In this document: positions 12,205 through 27,019 of the stretch, one piece after another
Layout of the letters: each line of letters starts with the position of its first letter
How positions within the stretch are numbered: position 1 is the stretch's first letter
Assembly (NCBI GenBank): GCA_040954595.2
Contig: CM082585.2
Span: forward strand, 11,451,451 to 11,515,450
Direction: 5' to 3'
Source of the DNA: Balanoglossus misakiensis
Taxonomy: Eukaryota; Animalia; Hemichordata
DNA: 64,000 nt
Position numbers and translations under genes: made by a program
The notes under the pieces: model-generated
Databases searched by the model: none
Told to the model about the DNA's origin: nothing
What the model saw: the letters and a program-made list of their open reading frames with translations, nothing else

Positions 12205-15200
12205 CTGAAACACATCCACAGAGAGTAAATCACATCCTAATGAAAGTCACCGACACGAATACGAGGTCATTGAGAGAGAGAAAAGAAAGAGCTTCCGAAC
12301 GACAACGCAATCGATAGACCTTCTGGGGTTCATTTGTAAGGTCAGTGCCACACGCACTTGATCAACTTAACAAACATCCACATAGAATCAAAGTGGCTCT
12401 AGTGTGCAGTCTTAAAAGAAGAGTCAGTTTTGACAATGGAAACTAATCTTGGTCTGATCTTTCCCAATAAATCTAAATCCCAACCTCTTTTATGAAATAA
12501 TGAATCGCAAGACTGAGTCCTTTGATCGGAATTGCTTGGAAGAGGCGACGCGTAAGCCGCTACATATTAACGTCTTCATCACCGTACATCACTGGGATAT
12601 CAACCCGTTCTCGCAGTTCGGTTGAAACAAATTGACGTCACATTAACGTAGAACGCAGCTATGGAACGTGTTTACGGATGAATTGAAAGTCTTGACCCAT
12701 TCCTGTGTTTGTAGTCGGCGAAATCATCATATTTGGTAAAAATTCAAACCGAAACACTTACTTTATAGCTTTTGTAACGTGTAAATATGATTTAACCTCT
12801 TCAAAAATCGTTGAGACAACTGAACTGTTCATTGCGATAGTACAAATCACTGGGTTTTAATCTTTTACCACCACGTGTGTAACGGTTTTCATTTTGCTAC
12901 CAGCTGGGGGCAATTTGAGGGCGTCTCACAAATTGCTTTGTCCTAACATGGCCCGTACGTCCTCGATTACACACCGCGGGAGGAATCCAAAGGATTTGCT
13001 GCCCTAATAGTCTTTGTTGCATAAATTAGGGGTCGTTTCCATTTACCCCTGAAGCAAGAAAAGTATCGTTGTCTGTTCATCAGGGAAATGCCCAGGGGAT
13101 GTGGGTGCTTCTGCGCCCGTTCTATGCTGTCGTGGTTCGTTAGCGAAGCACAACAGTTTATATAATACGGTTTTTAGTCCTGCATTCCGAACAAGAAGCT
13201 GCTCTAAATGATTTAAGAATGATTTAGAATGATTCACCCCCCTGTGGTTTGCCTGTGCGATGCACGTGAAACTGCTCACAACCCCCCCCCCCGAAAAGAT
13301 TGAAAGTTCCAACATATTGGAAACACATGTACTTCACTTCGCTTTCAAGAAACCAGACTGGTCATATTGATATTTTAAATGATCTTCTAAAACCAGTCTT
13401 GTGAGGGTCAGAAAGATATGTCGTTCAAAAAATTGTGGGATTAAATTTCAAAACGAGATGAAGACGTTGAAAGTTTACTGATGTGGTTCGCCATCACACC
13501 ATGCGCCATCCATCACTTGTGCGATGGCTTGGATGAATACAGGGGGGAGGGCACAAAAACATGACGTCATTATTACTCTAGCGTTAACACCATTCAACGA
13601 TCTGTAAGTCCTGTAATTCATAAAACGTGAAACGCTTTCTGAGTCGTCTACGACAAATCCTTTTCAAAAAGAGTAGTAGGGTATTAACTTAAAGACATGT
13701 TCCCACTGCACTGTAGGCATACATTCGAAAACTAACAGAATCTGCAAATTACATTTAAAATGACCGTTTCAAGTAAATTCCCTATTACATTAAAACACAA
13801 TGAGCTGTAGACCGCAGCGATAATAAGGACCCAGGTGCGCCAAGTCCGGAATTCAATACATTTTTACCGCCTTTTCAAGTCGCAGCATAACACATGACAT
13901 TTGTGTTAGGATGGCGATCGTTGCCGGCTAAAAATAATGCCGCGTTGAAAGGTTTACGCTGATTGGGAACAAGAACGTAAACAGAACGCATCTGCAAGGT
14001 TAAACGGAAAATTGAATAGGCAAGTCGGCGTTCAAAGGGCGTGAAATAAATGTATACGATGTAAGCTGTCGTCTGCGCAGTGACGAATACGTACACTCAT
14101 CATCTGAAATTGCATTTATGTTATTGAGTCACCAAACTCTTCATGAAAGAATGTTTTATGTGAGAGTTTTATCGTGTTGATGCTTTAATATTTGCGCAGA
14201 TGACGATGTGTAGTGACTTCAGAAATCAGAAAGGACTTTAGTTATACTCCAACAGGAAATTGATGTACGTGTAAATATATCAATTAATTCCCCCTCGGAC
14301 AATATCTTACCTCGGTCTGACAGAAGAAAAAAACTGAGAAAAATGTAATGCATGTACTCACATTTTGTGATGAATTCTTTCCGGTATAAAGAAGCTCCAA
14401 ACGACGCGTTATTTCTCAGGCAGAAATGAAAGTAGGGGAAAAGATCAAAGAACAATTACTAATGAATCGAGACATTGCGATACAAATTGAGACTGAATCA
14501 TGGAAACTTGAAATTGGCAGGATTTCGAGCGATAAACAGTAGATTAGACACCCGCATAATGTTTTGTGTTTCAAGCCGAGCGTGTATCAAACACAGGCAG
14601 ACGATCAATCTATTCTTGAAGGGTGTAACTTGGCTGCAAGGCAACAATCAGCGCGTGAAAAATTATTCAAGTGAAATTACCATAGCGGTTAATGATCTTC
14701 ATCACCGCAAAAACAGGTAGGTGCGGTGTGTTACCCGGCGTGCCTCGGGGTAGCAGGACATGGTCTGCAGCAAAGCATCATGGGAGCGGCACTTAATCTG
14801 AGAGAAAGAAAGTAGTAGAAATGTAACCCTGTATTCTAAAAATTATAAACGTTTTTAAAATCTGGATCCGGTGCATAATGCCACTTTAAAAGTCGCTGGA
14901 AATGCCCATTAGATGAAGTAACGTGGTTAGTGCAGGTGACAGTTTTTCGATCGACTTGTAATCTCTGAATATAAAATGAGCAGTAAGATAGGAGGTTCTG
15001 GAATCTCCCAAAACTAAACAGGCCGCCAACAAATAAATCTTCTTTAAAGTGTAGTGTTTGTTTACCAGATATCCTAACGACTGTCGATTGAAAACATCAA
15101 AACAAGAGGTCCGTGGCATCACCAAAAGAGCAATAATGAAAACCCTCGACATCATTTAGTACCTAAACGTCAAAACTAATCAATCAGCTACAACTCGAAC

Positions 15201-18200
15201 ATATAATTGTTTCCTCTTTTGGCTCTGATAAAAAGGATTTTTTGTTCTCTGATGTCATTCAGTGCTGCATTATTGATCATTAATTGTGAATAGCGTTGCT
15301 CGCTTTTGGTGACGATACATGAATACCGGAATATGCCATCAGATCTTTGACGCGGTCGCTTCGGGGTTTGACATTCCTAGATTGAGAATGACATCACTGT
15401 TTCAGAGTATTTAATGTTGCTTTCCTCGAGGAAAAAAAGAAACACGTTTGTATAACCCTGGTGGCAACAGCTTGAATATAGAAACTGTAATTTTAGGTGC
15501 AAATGTGATAACGGATAACAGCATGAAAGAGGAAATAAGCCATCAAAATTGACACTATTATCCGTTGGTGTAATTATAGTGACCTAAGCGGAGGTATGTA
15601 TGAGACAGGGAGCATGAGAACAGACATACACACACGCACGCACAGAAACAGACTCAGGCACTAACATACAGGCAAACACACACACACAAAGAGAGGGAGG
15701 GAGACACATGAGAACTATTATTCCACTATCCATTTCCCAAGGGAAAATATCTACCTTAAAAAATTAGAAGTTTCAGCATCAAGTTTGAAAACGCATTTCT
15801 AAAAGATGCGTGCCAACCGGAAAATTTCTGGTGACACAAGTCAGTGACACGAATCCATCACACAGATAGCCGGAAGAGTGATTTGGCGGGAAAACGCGGT
15901 AGACGAATTTCATATCCTCATTTGCTTTTAATGGAATCTAATTCGCCATTTTTATTCAGTTAATGGAAGGCATCTATGTTTACTCGGCGTAAAGAGAGTG
16001 CTGTTTAAGTCGCGGATTTAAACTGTCGGATTTGTCAGCAAAATTAGCTCAGGAGAAAACGCAATTTGAGGTTTCTCCATCTTGACGTCTGCTTGGCAAC
16101 CAGTTTGAGTAATGAATTTCGTTGGGTGCAAAGTGCCTCCAGCTAAACCTAATGTCACAACCTTTTGTTTTATGATTTACTTTTATATTCTGGGCTAATG
16201 CTGATTTATAGTATTTTTATAGTTTTGACATATGTTTACTTAACTTAAAGAACGCGCATTTCATGCCATTTTTTCCCGCGAACCCAAGTCTCATGTCAGA
16301 TCGACTTTGGGTTATACACACGCCGGTTTCAACTGAACTGAAGGATTGCAATGACTTAGGAAGAGATAAACAGTTTAAATGTTGTCTTCAATGCGTGAAG
16401 AACTGGGTCGTTATTTCGTCTTGAAAGTTTAATTTGAGTGAGTTCTAAATCGAGATTTAGTGCTGCTATCAAAATGAAGAGAGGTCTTATTTTTTCGGCC
16501 ATTTTAACTTAATCTCATAATGCAGATGGCTTGTGAAAATTCTAATACATCCATAGCATCGTGTAAAGTCGGGGATGCCCATCTACCTGTCTGAACGCGA
16601 GAATAGAGGATGCTTTAGCGTCGTATTGAAGAACGGATAGCGTCCGTCGGTTTGCAGGTCGCTCGATCGTTGACGATGTTATCCGAAATCCGTTAAATGT
16701 TTTCATGGAATGTTTCATCAATAGGAAGTTCGTATGCCTCAGAGCTATTCCAGTAAACAAACAGGAGAAGTAGAATTTTGCGATAATTGTACCGGTATAA
16801 GTTGCAAAAGAGGTGCGTCTTACCTGCGGCGTGTACTCATCAATGCCATCGAGTAGGAGCTTACAGCCATATGTCTGTTCCTGTGACTTTGGTACGCAAT
16901 GATTGCGGCGCAGTGTGTAGTTGAGATTTGTTTGCGCTATATACACGTTGATGTTAATATTTCGGAATCAGGGTGATAGAATATTCCTTAAACAACTATT
17001 TAGAAAAAAACATCACATTATATACCTAGGGTTCTCCCCCGAAATACGCGTCGCCGTCAAACGGGTAATGCAAGAGGTTGCAGCACGACCGGGGCGGGCA
17101 ACGTCTGACGCGTGAGAAGGCGATTGCCTGATTTTAAAAGAATAAGTATCGATGACAACCCGGAGAAATTTATCATTTTTACGAGTATCATTTTTTTTTC
17201 GGTTCGGTGAGCCACAGCAAAATAGGCTGATGATATAAATGAGAAATGGGGGTCGAAGCCGTCAAATAGAAACGCAGCATACCTCGTTAGCAGTTCTCTC
17301 TCTCTCTCTCTCTCAATAGCTCCAAGCTACAAAAATTCACACAAATTAAAACTCTCTCGACTTGGGGGTCAAATGTTGCTCGTATTGTTAGCGTGACACC
17401 AATTGTGATAGTCGTCTTACCGAACACGTTAACTCGTATCTCCTACATGAAAACACCCCAGCCATGAACACAATATAGTTATCCGATGCGACAGCTAAGC
17501 GTACTCTGCCGACAGAGACTCTTCGGCGGGAAGAATACACGGTTTATATTTTTTTTACAGTTTGTCTTGATGAGCTTTTTCTCCATTGACGCACGCCCAG
17601 TATATTTTCCAGCTCTTTATGAAACAAAATAATGAACCATTGTGAGCGATTTCTGAGGCTACAATGGACGAAGGATTTTATTTCAGGTGGGAAACGGCTC
17701 GACGAGCGATCAGAATACAGAAACAATGGCAGCAACGTCACATCCATCAATACGATTGAAAAATTAAAACCCAGCTCTCAATTCACGCACAACAGAGTGA
17801 ATAAAGCCCTTTGAATAGTCCCATCGTGAAATGTGATGGCGCTTGGTCAATAAAAGAAATACTTCAATTCTGATTACACTAGTTATTATATTTTAACAAT
17901 GGTACTTCCCTAATAGCTTGCGTCCTCCGATTCATCTCACCTTAATAGAGGTTTTACTCCCGACCTATCTAACATCGCATTAATCACGATTACCGCGTCG
18001 TCCGCGTGTTCCAAGCCACTGGCGGCGCATTCTGTGCCCCGTTACATTTGTCGGCGACTACACGAGCTGCCGACCCCATCATGTCGCATCACAAAAGAGA
18101 CAAAAACGGAACAGTGACACTAAAGACTTCGATGTTCAGCTCCCCTCGCTTTGAGAGAAGAACGAACAGGATTTGAATACTGAACTGTGAAAAGCATCGC

Positions 18201-19084
18201 TTATTTAACTCGTTTAGCGGTGTAGCGCTTTTCAACGGAATGATAATATGCAGCATCGGGAAGAGATGCGATCTAACGGAGCAAGATCTCTTCACGGAGA
18301 GCCTGCTCGCATTCTGTCAGGGAAATACGATTACTGTCCATTCCGCCAGATTTGTTTCTTTTCTCATCTTGACATGTAACCACTTTGTGTTCATATCACA
18401 CATTATCACATTTCACTCCAATACATTGCATTCTGTCATCACCCAGATCAAAAATCAATAATCAAACAAAATTAAAACAAAAAACAACCCGATTATCATA
18501 GAACATCTGAAAAAGTTTCATAGAAATATAGAATGATGGTGTAGAACGCTAGACGTGGTCTACTTAATTGGATAAGCCTGGATAATTTTTATAACTAAAT
18601 CAACATATCACGATTGACAATGATGGATGGAATTATCACTCCAAACAAGCTAATTATCAACAAGGAATAACAATCATCATTCTGTCATTCATATCAATCA
18701 ACCACAATTTATGATTTAATTTACTCAGATACAGTGCCGATGAAGAGCACGTTTTCAGCAAAACACAAGTATTTCAAAATCCCATGCTATTAGATTTTCT
18801 ATTGGTAACTTGTCCATTTTTCAGCTTCGAGCAAAATATATTCAGTATTTAGGCTAACAACAAAATACATTAAGTATTGCGAATGTTTTTTTATTATTAC
18901 CTTAGTACTTGAATAAGAGGAAGTATAAATCTCGCGTCTTGACAGGATATTGCTCGGTATTTCACGCACTGCTGAGATTTGGACAATGGCGTCAAATTCT
19001 AAGTGGATGTTGTTCGTGTGAGACGGCCAAACTACAGGGTGGACTTTCAACTTGATCCCAACAAGTGGTGTGAAGTATAAGGGT

Positions 19085-19295
19085 TTGAAGTGGCGCCATT
19101 CAATGGGGGCCTAATTACAACTTTCAACTTTGACTTCTCCATTGCCTCTTGAGATGAGTCGAGAAGGCGTGGATGCACATTTTCCAAAGAAAGTGTGAAA
19201 ACGGTGTAGGTGTAACAAAGGCATTGTAAAAATAGCGTTTTGCTGAGGCCATTGTAAATTAAAATTTATTGTATTCCTTTAATCCCATCCGGGTA
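19085..19295. promoter_or_regulatory. Distal enhancer candidate
   Basis: About 200 bp contain an inverted Sox pair AACAAAGGCATTGT, further CCATTGT and TATTGT sites, CATTCAATG, a CTAATTA homeobox site and an Otx-type TTAATCC. Confidence 0.35.
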
Positions 19296-22200
19296 CCCAT
19301 GATGCACTCTGCAGTAACCCCTGTTTGTTTTGGTAATTTCGTGAAAGCTTGTTCCAAGACTCGTTCATAAATCTTGTCATTTTGTACTATCCGTAGTGAT
19401 GTATCATGCACTCCAGTGTTCCCGGGGGAAAGGGCACGAACATGTTAAGACGACAGATAACATTCCAGTGAAAAAAGTTGCAGATGTATTTGCTTTGAAT
19501 AATGGTCTTTGCCATGTGATTGGATCGTGTGGACTCAAACTTTCACACAATTCATGCTCTGACTATAGACACAGATTGAATTATACTGCGAATTATGGTT
19601 TAAAGCAGTTTTTGCGGGAAGAATGCGTCACACCCACACCAGGAAGTAAGATGCTTTCAGATCCTACGTGGGGCCGGATGAAAAGCTCAGTTTACCAGGG
19701 ATAATGGTTTGTCAAATGTCTTTACAACGCTGTTCAAATTAATGATGGTGGAGCGATCTTGTGAGCTCTCCTGATAAAAAATCGACCCATAATTAAGCCA
19801 ATAAAATCACCTCGACGATCGAATAGCTTGGCAGGTTTTCTTTATTCTCTAGTATAATACTCTTTCAAATCGCTCCGAATCAGTTGTTGGATGCATGATC
19901 CCATGGCTTCACAGTCACATGTCCGTGAACAAAATATGGAAAGTTTTTTGTCTCGTTTCCTAGAACTGTGGTGGTACTAAATGATTGTTTATTGAAGTTT
20001 TAGGCTTCAAAGTCTCTCTGTAATTTGTACGACTGGGAATATTTCGAGGCCGGCCAGAAATACTAGCAGGGTTTATACCACTGCTCATTATTAGCATGTA
20101 TCACGTATTCCACATCTGTTGTAGTTTCATTGTGATATATTCTATTAATACTCCCAGATAGAATGGATGATTTGTGTAAAGTTCATTGTTTGCACGAAAG
20201 TGTTCAGTTCCACACACTCGCCAACCTGCATTTGTGTCATGATTAAATCCCGAGTAGGCCTATAATGCTATTGTTTAAACCCTTTATTTGTGACTAAAAT
20301 GACAACAAGACGTGCACATAAGGCCACATCAACTGACATGTGTGCAAGCAAGCGATCGATTCTCTCTCGCAACATTTTCTATATATAAATTTCCCGCGCA
20401 AATTTAATCATAAAAGATACGGTTCTGTTGGGCTCCCTTCGAGCGCGAAGAAACTTGTCGTGAAGCAAAAGTAGAAAGTTGAATCGCTTCTGCTGCATGG
20501 GAGCGAAACGATTATCCTATCCCCCTGCAATCCATCTGTTACGTGATCAATTCGTTGGAGTAATCGTCCGTGTCACCCAATACCATATACATCGTCACTT
20601 CTTAATTTTCTCGCATTACCTCACCCACTGACTGTTTGTGGTATCATAACATATAGAGAAAAATGACACGGTGATTTCTGGATATAACTAGTTGACATTC
20701 TATAGTACCTTCAATAAGTAAATGGGTATTTCAACGCTAAAATCCAGTGTTATCTTAAGTTCAGCTGATTTAAGACATTGATTAATTTATTACCTTCCTG
20801 CTCGATACAGTAATCACATTAATATTGCTATCGTTCTTAATAGCGATTTCGACAGATATGACTATAGAAACCATGGCAACGTAGCGAAGGGTTGACAGGT
20901 ATTTGATTTTAAATTCATGGTTGCGTGACCCCCTATAAATGTGTGTTAGTAAAATGTCTATCTATACCAGTGCTTGTGGCAAGACCTAATCATAACAATA
21001 TCTTCACTTTGTCTATCGTGATAAACCATTCCCGGGAGAGATAGGATTAGTTACTTCAATGAATCATTCGGTAACAGTTCCATGAATATTATTGTAGTTT
21101 CGAATCAGTGTACAAAAAAACTTGCGTATGCTAAAAACGAAAAAGGCTGCAGTTTTGCGAATGCATTCATTGGTTCAACGGTAGTAGATGGGTTCGATGA
21201 ATAAGTGTAAGGAATGATGAATTGTGGGAAACTGTTGCATCAAGGGAAATCTATTCTCGTCCAGGTACATGATGGACATCAATAGCCATAATGAAACGCT
21301 ATGCCAACTAGTGCTTTAAAAGCTGGTATTGTTTTTCGAGTGGCAAATTTGAAGTGACACTGACAACATAATTGCATTCTTCACCATCCGCGGTCGCTTT
21401 TGTAGATGTGACCGAAAGGAAATGAGCGCGATCCTTTCGCGTGACACGTGGCGCCAGACATGAGCGCCTAACATTATTCTCAATTTAGTGGCCCGTTATG
21501 TACGAGTAATGTGCCTGCAAAATGCGTTTTGTGTTCATCCACAAAATAGTACATTTTCATGTACAAGAGGGATAAAATGCCTAATTTGTGGGATTTCTAT
21601 GGTATTTTGTCTGAATGTAGCAAGCTATTTGTCGTTTGTCGTATTCAGGAGCGTGTTTTGAGAAAGCTGAGTACTGTGGGTTAATTAGTTTACTGCAAAT
21701 GTGATATAATTATGTGTTTGTCATAAAACAGTTATTTTACAGTTTTCATAATTCACAATGACATCATACAAGTGAGCTTAGAACAAACAACATTAGAAAA
21801 ATGAGAGAAAAACGTCAGGGCCTATTAGCAACTGACTTTCACTAAACATAGGAATTGACTCCTCACCCACGTCAACTCACACGCCATGTTAATACATGTA
21901 CGTTAAAAACCGCAATTGGCGGATTAATATGACTAGTATTAAGCGGGATCGTGTGATGCGGATTAATACATTTCGTGCGGTCTATCACACTCTCACAACG
22001 GGAGGTATTTTGATCAGGACAAAAGATAAAAATTACTTTATTTCTTGGTCTAAATACGGTTCTCCGAATAAAAGAAAAAGTTAGTCTCTCAACACAAAAC
22101 CTGTCCACACACTTCATTTTATTAAGTCCTTACGTCATTAGATTGCATACTGCTTATTCAATTACTTTCATAATTGTATTCAATGATGGTTATGCTGTGA

Positions 22201-24699
22201 CATTTTTAACAATTCATAATTTCATCAAGACCGATTAACATCATACATGTTGGCACTTTCTCATTTGAAACGTTCCCATGGGAGGCGCCAATGAAAAGAT
22301 TGTCAACACAAATTATTCAAACTAAAGTGCACAGTATTTTCCAGATAATAAAATACTTTCAATTTTGTGTAGGTTGATACCATGCACACAGACAATCAAA
22401 TGAATCTGCAAAGATATATTTCTTTACGTATGTATGCATGTATGTACGTATGTATCTATGTATCCATCGTCTTCGAAAACCACGTGACATGCTTTCCGTC
22501 TTTCTTCTTTGATCTGAAGCTAGAACTTATGCATGTATGTGTGATTGTATCTGCTGCACCTGTTCTAAGTATGGGGTTCAATTTTCACAGTGTTGCTAAA
22601 CCAACTCCTTTGACTTCTCAGACGAGTCAGCCTGTCTTGGCCGCTCGTGTTATCCAGATTCCCATAAATGCCAATCTAGAATATTCTTAAAGAGGGTTTA
22701 TTTGGCGTTATTTAGGTTTAGAATCTGTATGTGTTAAAACTGACAGTTGACCTCCGTATTTCTCTCATCTCTTAGCTAACCTGTGCTATTCAAATTCGTG
22801 ACGGCTGATCGAAAATGTTATTAAAAGAGTATTCCGAACCCGTTATGGTTTACAAATAATAAATCTATGCCGTCGCTCTGTTGCTATTATATTGTCCTCA
22901 AAAGATATTGAATAGACGGATAAGGCTCGAAAATTCCCTTTTGAAAAAAGTGAATATATGAATAAGAAATACTGCATCAGAAAAACTGCAATGATTTTTT
23001 GTATATGAATTTACATCACATGAAATCAATCATCGGCCATAGAAACGTCAGGTTGTACTTATCAAAGAATCACCAATATCGGGTTTTATATTCTGCCAAG
23101 CCTTGCCACAGACCAATGGGTCTTTTTAAACACCGAAATTGCATGACCCCGTGTACAAACGTGGCTTCCAGATGGACGAATACCAATTTAATCAAACTGG
23201 CACACACTCTTTGGTTTTGTGCCACTTTGCATATTTTGAAGAGTAGAGTGCGGAGGAGATACTGGGATGAGATTGCGTAAAATTGACTTGCTTTCGCCGA
23301 TGGAGAGCGTTTAATGACGGGAGAGCGCAGAGTCACCTACTCGCCCAAACGGGAGATGACTTATAGTTAGCTTGACCATCCCTAGCCCTGTCCGTCTCTC
23401 TCTCTCTCTCTGCGCTCGCTCTCGAACTCGTGAGAATAGGAAAGATCGTTATGCGCGACTCTATCAGATAATGACGGTTATACCTTCCTCATCGTAAGAA
23501 ATATGCCATGAAAACACAATATGCAAAGAGAATAAGACCATAACAAGGATACAAACCCACCTGCTTCACAAGAGATGGAGACAAGAGATGAGAGCGAAAG
23601 CCAGACTTCATTTCGATCGTATTTTCCCGTCGCCATAGAAACACACGTGTTAAGAGATACTATTATCTGGTTGACATTGTTGATTTAACCTCGATGTTGC
23701 CTTCTATAGCGTTACCTGTCATTGCGGCATTCATCACAACTCTTTTTATTATCACCGAGAGCTTTCTGGGCTTTTCATTCCGCCTGTCTTTTGTCCGCGC
23801 CTTAACAGCCAATGCGTTCTGAAGATGGGTACCCCCTCAGCATGTAGTGGCGGCGAGCTTCAAAGGATAGCTCGGCCGCCAGCCATATTAGCAAAATCGT
23901 GGCCCTGGGACTTCTCAATATACTAATCAACATTCAAATCAAGTGAGTTTTCTTCTTCTATTTCGACGTCTTCCATACAATCCCAGAACGCTATTAGCTA
24001 AATAAATTTAAATTCGCACAACCATTGTGGTCTTCTTCGAAAGTCGAGTCTTTTTTCCCGTATGGCATGAGGATCATCTGACCTCTGCTATCACAGTTGA
24101 ATATGTCGATGTAAGTGTATTTTAAACTAATTTCACGTTGCCTTATTTCTAGGCGGTTCATTAGGTTACATTGCAACTCTATGACTCCATCAAAAGTTAA
24201 ATCCATTCCGGTTTTTTCAATGCATACTGTCAATGTGATTTGTTACAAATGTGTCGATGGATGGATATATTGAGAATCGTTACATCAACTTGGAGGAAAC
24301 TTTTATAAATATTAGCTTAACTTGATATTTTGAAAATGTTAGCTTTAGCAACTTCGCTCATTCCATCTCATTTTCATAGTCAGGCAGATTAGAATACGAT
24401 ATCAAGGTAGCAAATTGTAAGATCGACCAGCAAAGAAAGCAAATTACACCAATCACGAAACGTGATCATTCATCCGAGGGAAATATGCATATCTGCATGA
24501 CAACCTGTTTGAAACAGTTCACTTTTATCAACTGAAGTGATGTAAAATATAAAAAGTCAGATTTCATCATATTTACTGTGAATCAAAATATTAGCCTGAA
24601 AAAAGAATCGTGATTGTAATCTTTTGTAAATACCTCATTAAGTTGTATTAAATTGTTATCAATGTATGACATTTATCGCATAGGGAACGGCAGTCTTAC

Positions 24700-24915
24700 C
24701 TTTGACGGGTATCTCTGGGTTTCTTGTTAGCTCGAAGTCTTTACATCAGTTTTGTAACGGATCTTGAGATACCTACATCATCCCGTTTATCGGCGACAAG
24801 GCGAGCGCGGAAGGGGGAAGAAGCGATCGATACGTCCGGCTCGCTGTCAAGCCGAGGTTATTCTCGTGGAACAGCGGTAGAAATTGCCGACTTATTGGGT
24901 TGCCAATGTCAACAA
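24700..24915 (-). ncRNA. Candidate internal exon of a spliced non-coding transcript
   Basis: Acceptor catttctttcattgtag|TTG and donor AAG|gtaaga enclose 216 GC-rich nt with stop codons in all three frames. Confidence 0.45.
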
Positions 24916-26916
24916 CTACAATGAAAGAAATGATATCATTCCCCATGGTGTTATGGGGTCAAAGGTCAGCGCTGCGATAAATTGTGGTATTAACTGAAGA
25001 GTGTTCATTTCAAAGGATCTTTTCAATTTCATGAAATACCCCAGGAAGTGCATAGTAATTGCTTAGCGAGTCTTTTATCTCACCCTGTTTACAATACACC
25101 GGTAAAAATTAACTTTCCCTTTTCGCCATTGTGCAAAATTCATAATGCACATTATTGTCGCTTTCACCCTGTTACCATGGCAGCCGATTCTTTAGATATT
25201 GACAAAAATAAGTTAAAATGATTCTCATGTAGTGAGTTTGAGTCGATCAGCGATGTGTCAAGTCTTACAATAAAACGGCGTGACGTAAGCAGTCGGAAAC
25301 CAAATTTAATATTTTTGCGGTAATTTTTCTGTAAATTTTGGCTTTTATCAACTTGGACAAATGGAATTTCCAAGTCATCATTAATGTGTATATAGCGTCG
25401 CGTTGAATGCTCGTCAGGGCGGTTTAGATCTTACCGTCACATGGTGTATTTAGCTGATATCCTGTTCAGTGCCACGCTCTCAGACCTTGACACCTCCTTC
25501 ATAGAACTCAGAATTTTCTTCATATTTCACATTTCGTTTAGTTTCTTGCACTAGTTGAAGAGTCACCCTCTCACGTTCAGTTGTATTGTGGAGAGTACCT
25601 ATTGGGGTATTTTACTTTTTAGATAAATTTCTACTTAACTTGGCATTCCATTAAAATGGTATTGTCTTAGGAAGCAATTGTATTGAAAAGGACATTGAAT
25701 CTGGTTTACAGAGATGAGGGCGCTGTTAAAAGAACTGTTACAATTTGAATTTCCCAGATGTTTAGTGCGATGATCTGATTGGTCACTTTACACAATTTAT
25801 ATTACTCGGCCCAAGTCAGCAGCTGTCACGCGATTCGGTAGCTCGTGGAAACCCGGAAACAAGAATATGCTTGTTATCCACGTTGCTCGAGTAGGGATTT
25901 CGAGTCAAATATTTATCCACATTAATCCTTCCTGTGTATTATTTATGTACACCTTGTCCCGCAAGGGTCAAGCATTTCTATTAGCTACTAGAAAGTCTGT
26001 TTACCTGCCACCAAATGGACAGACGAGGCAGCTTGCCGGATTTGCATACAGTTCCGCTTGTCCATTATCGTTAACTACGACAGATTCGTTTAGTGTTTAC
26101 AGAAGGCGGTGAACTTATGGTGGATGCCTTCAGCTGAGAAACTGTTCTCTTTGGACGATAAAGTTGACACAAATGGGCGGGAATTGACAAATTCACTCAA
26201 CAATAATTGTTTTAGGTGAACTAAATGAATTGCGTGATAAATGGTAGATAATTGCCACATAGTAAAATAAATTCTATGCATAAAAAATATGGGATCAAGG
26301 CGTTAATTCTACTGAGACACATCCATCGTCGAACGACCACACTGTTTATTTTGGACCTATTTAATCAACATTGCTGAATAGCAGTCAGGATATCAATTAC
26401 ATCAATATTTCCAGGGGCGGGCTTTAACAAACTCTCAGTTCTATCTTGTATCATACCCCTTCCGTCACCACCGCGAGTAAAATGTTACACCAATTCCATG
26501 TGTATCTTCGGCGGGGTAGTGCGTCATTTAAAGGAATAGCCAAATAGTGTCGTTCGCGCGGGAATAAAAAATATGTCCGTGAACAAAAATAACAAATATG
26601 GCGGAGTACTCATTGATAACATTGTTGCGTTAATAAGATTATAAGAGAGCCTGAGGAGAATTTAATGCCGCCAACTAACCCTAATAAATTTTATAATAAC
26701 GTCGCTGTTTGAGAGCTATGACATCATTACATCATTTAGTGACATGCCGTTCCAGCTATTGTAATGGAATTTAAATTCGATTTGCTTTTCATTACACGAT
26801 TTCAAAAGAAGGAAAAGTAATTCTTTCAATTTACGCATTCTGTCGAGGTTACAGGTTCTATAGCATCACAAGGGTGCACATCATGGTCGCCAGAATGTCT
26901 CCCCTCTTTCTCCATC

Positions 26917-27019
<103 letters not shown>

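Noticed and set aside
16542-16946. 134-aa minus-strand ORF and other ORFs of 100-135 aa
   Set aside because: They show no domain similarity and have random-like composition; such lengths are expected by chance in 64 kb.
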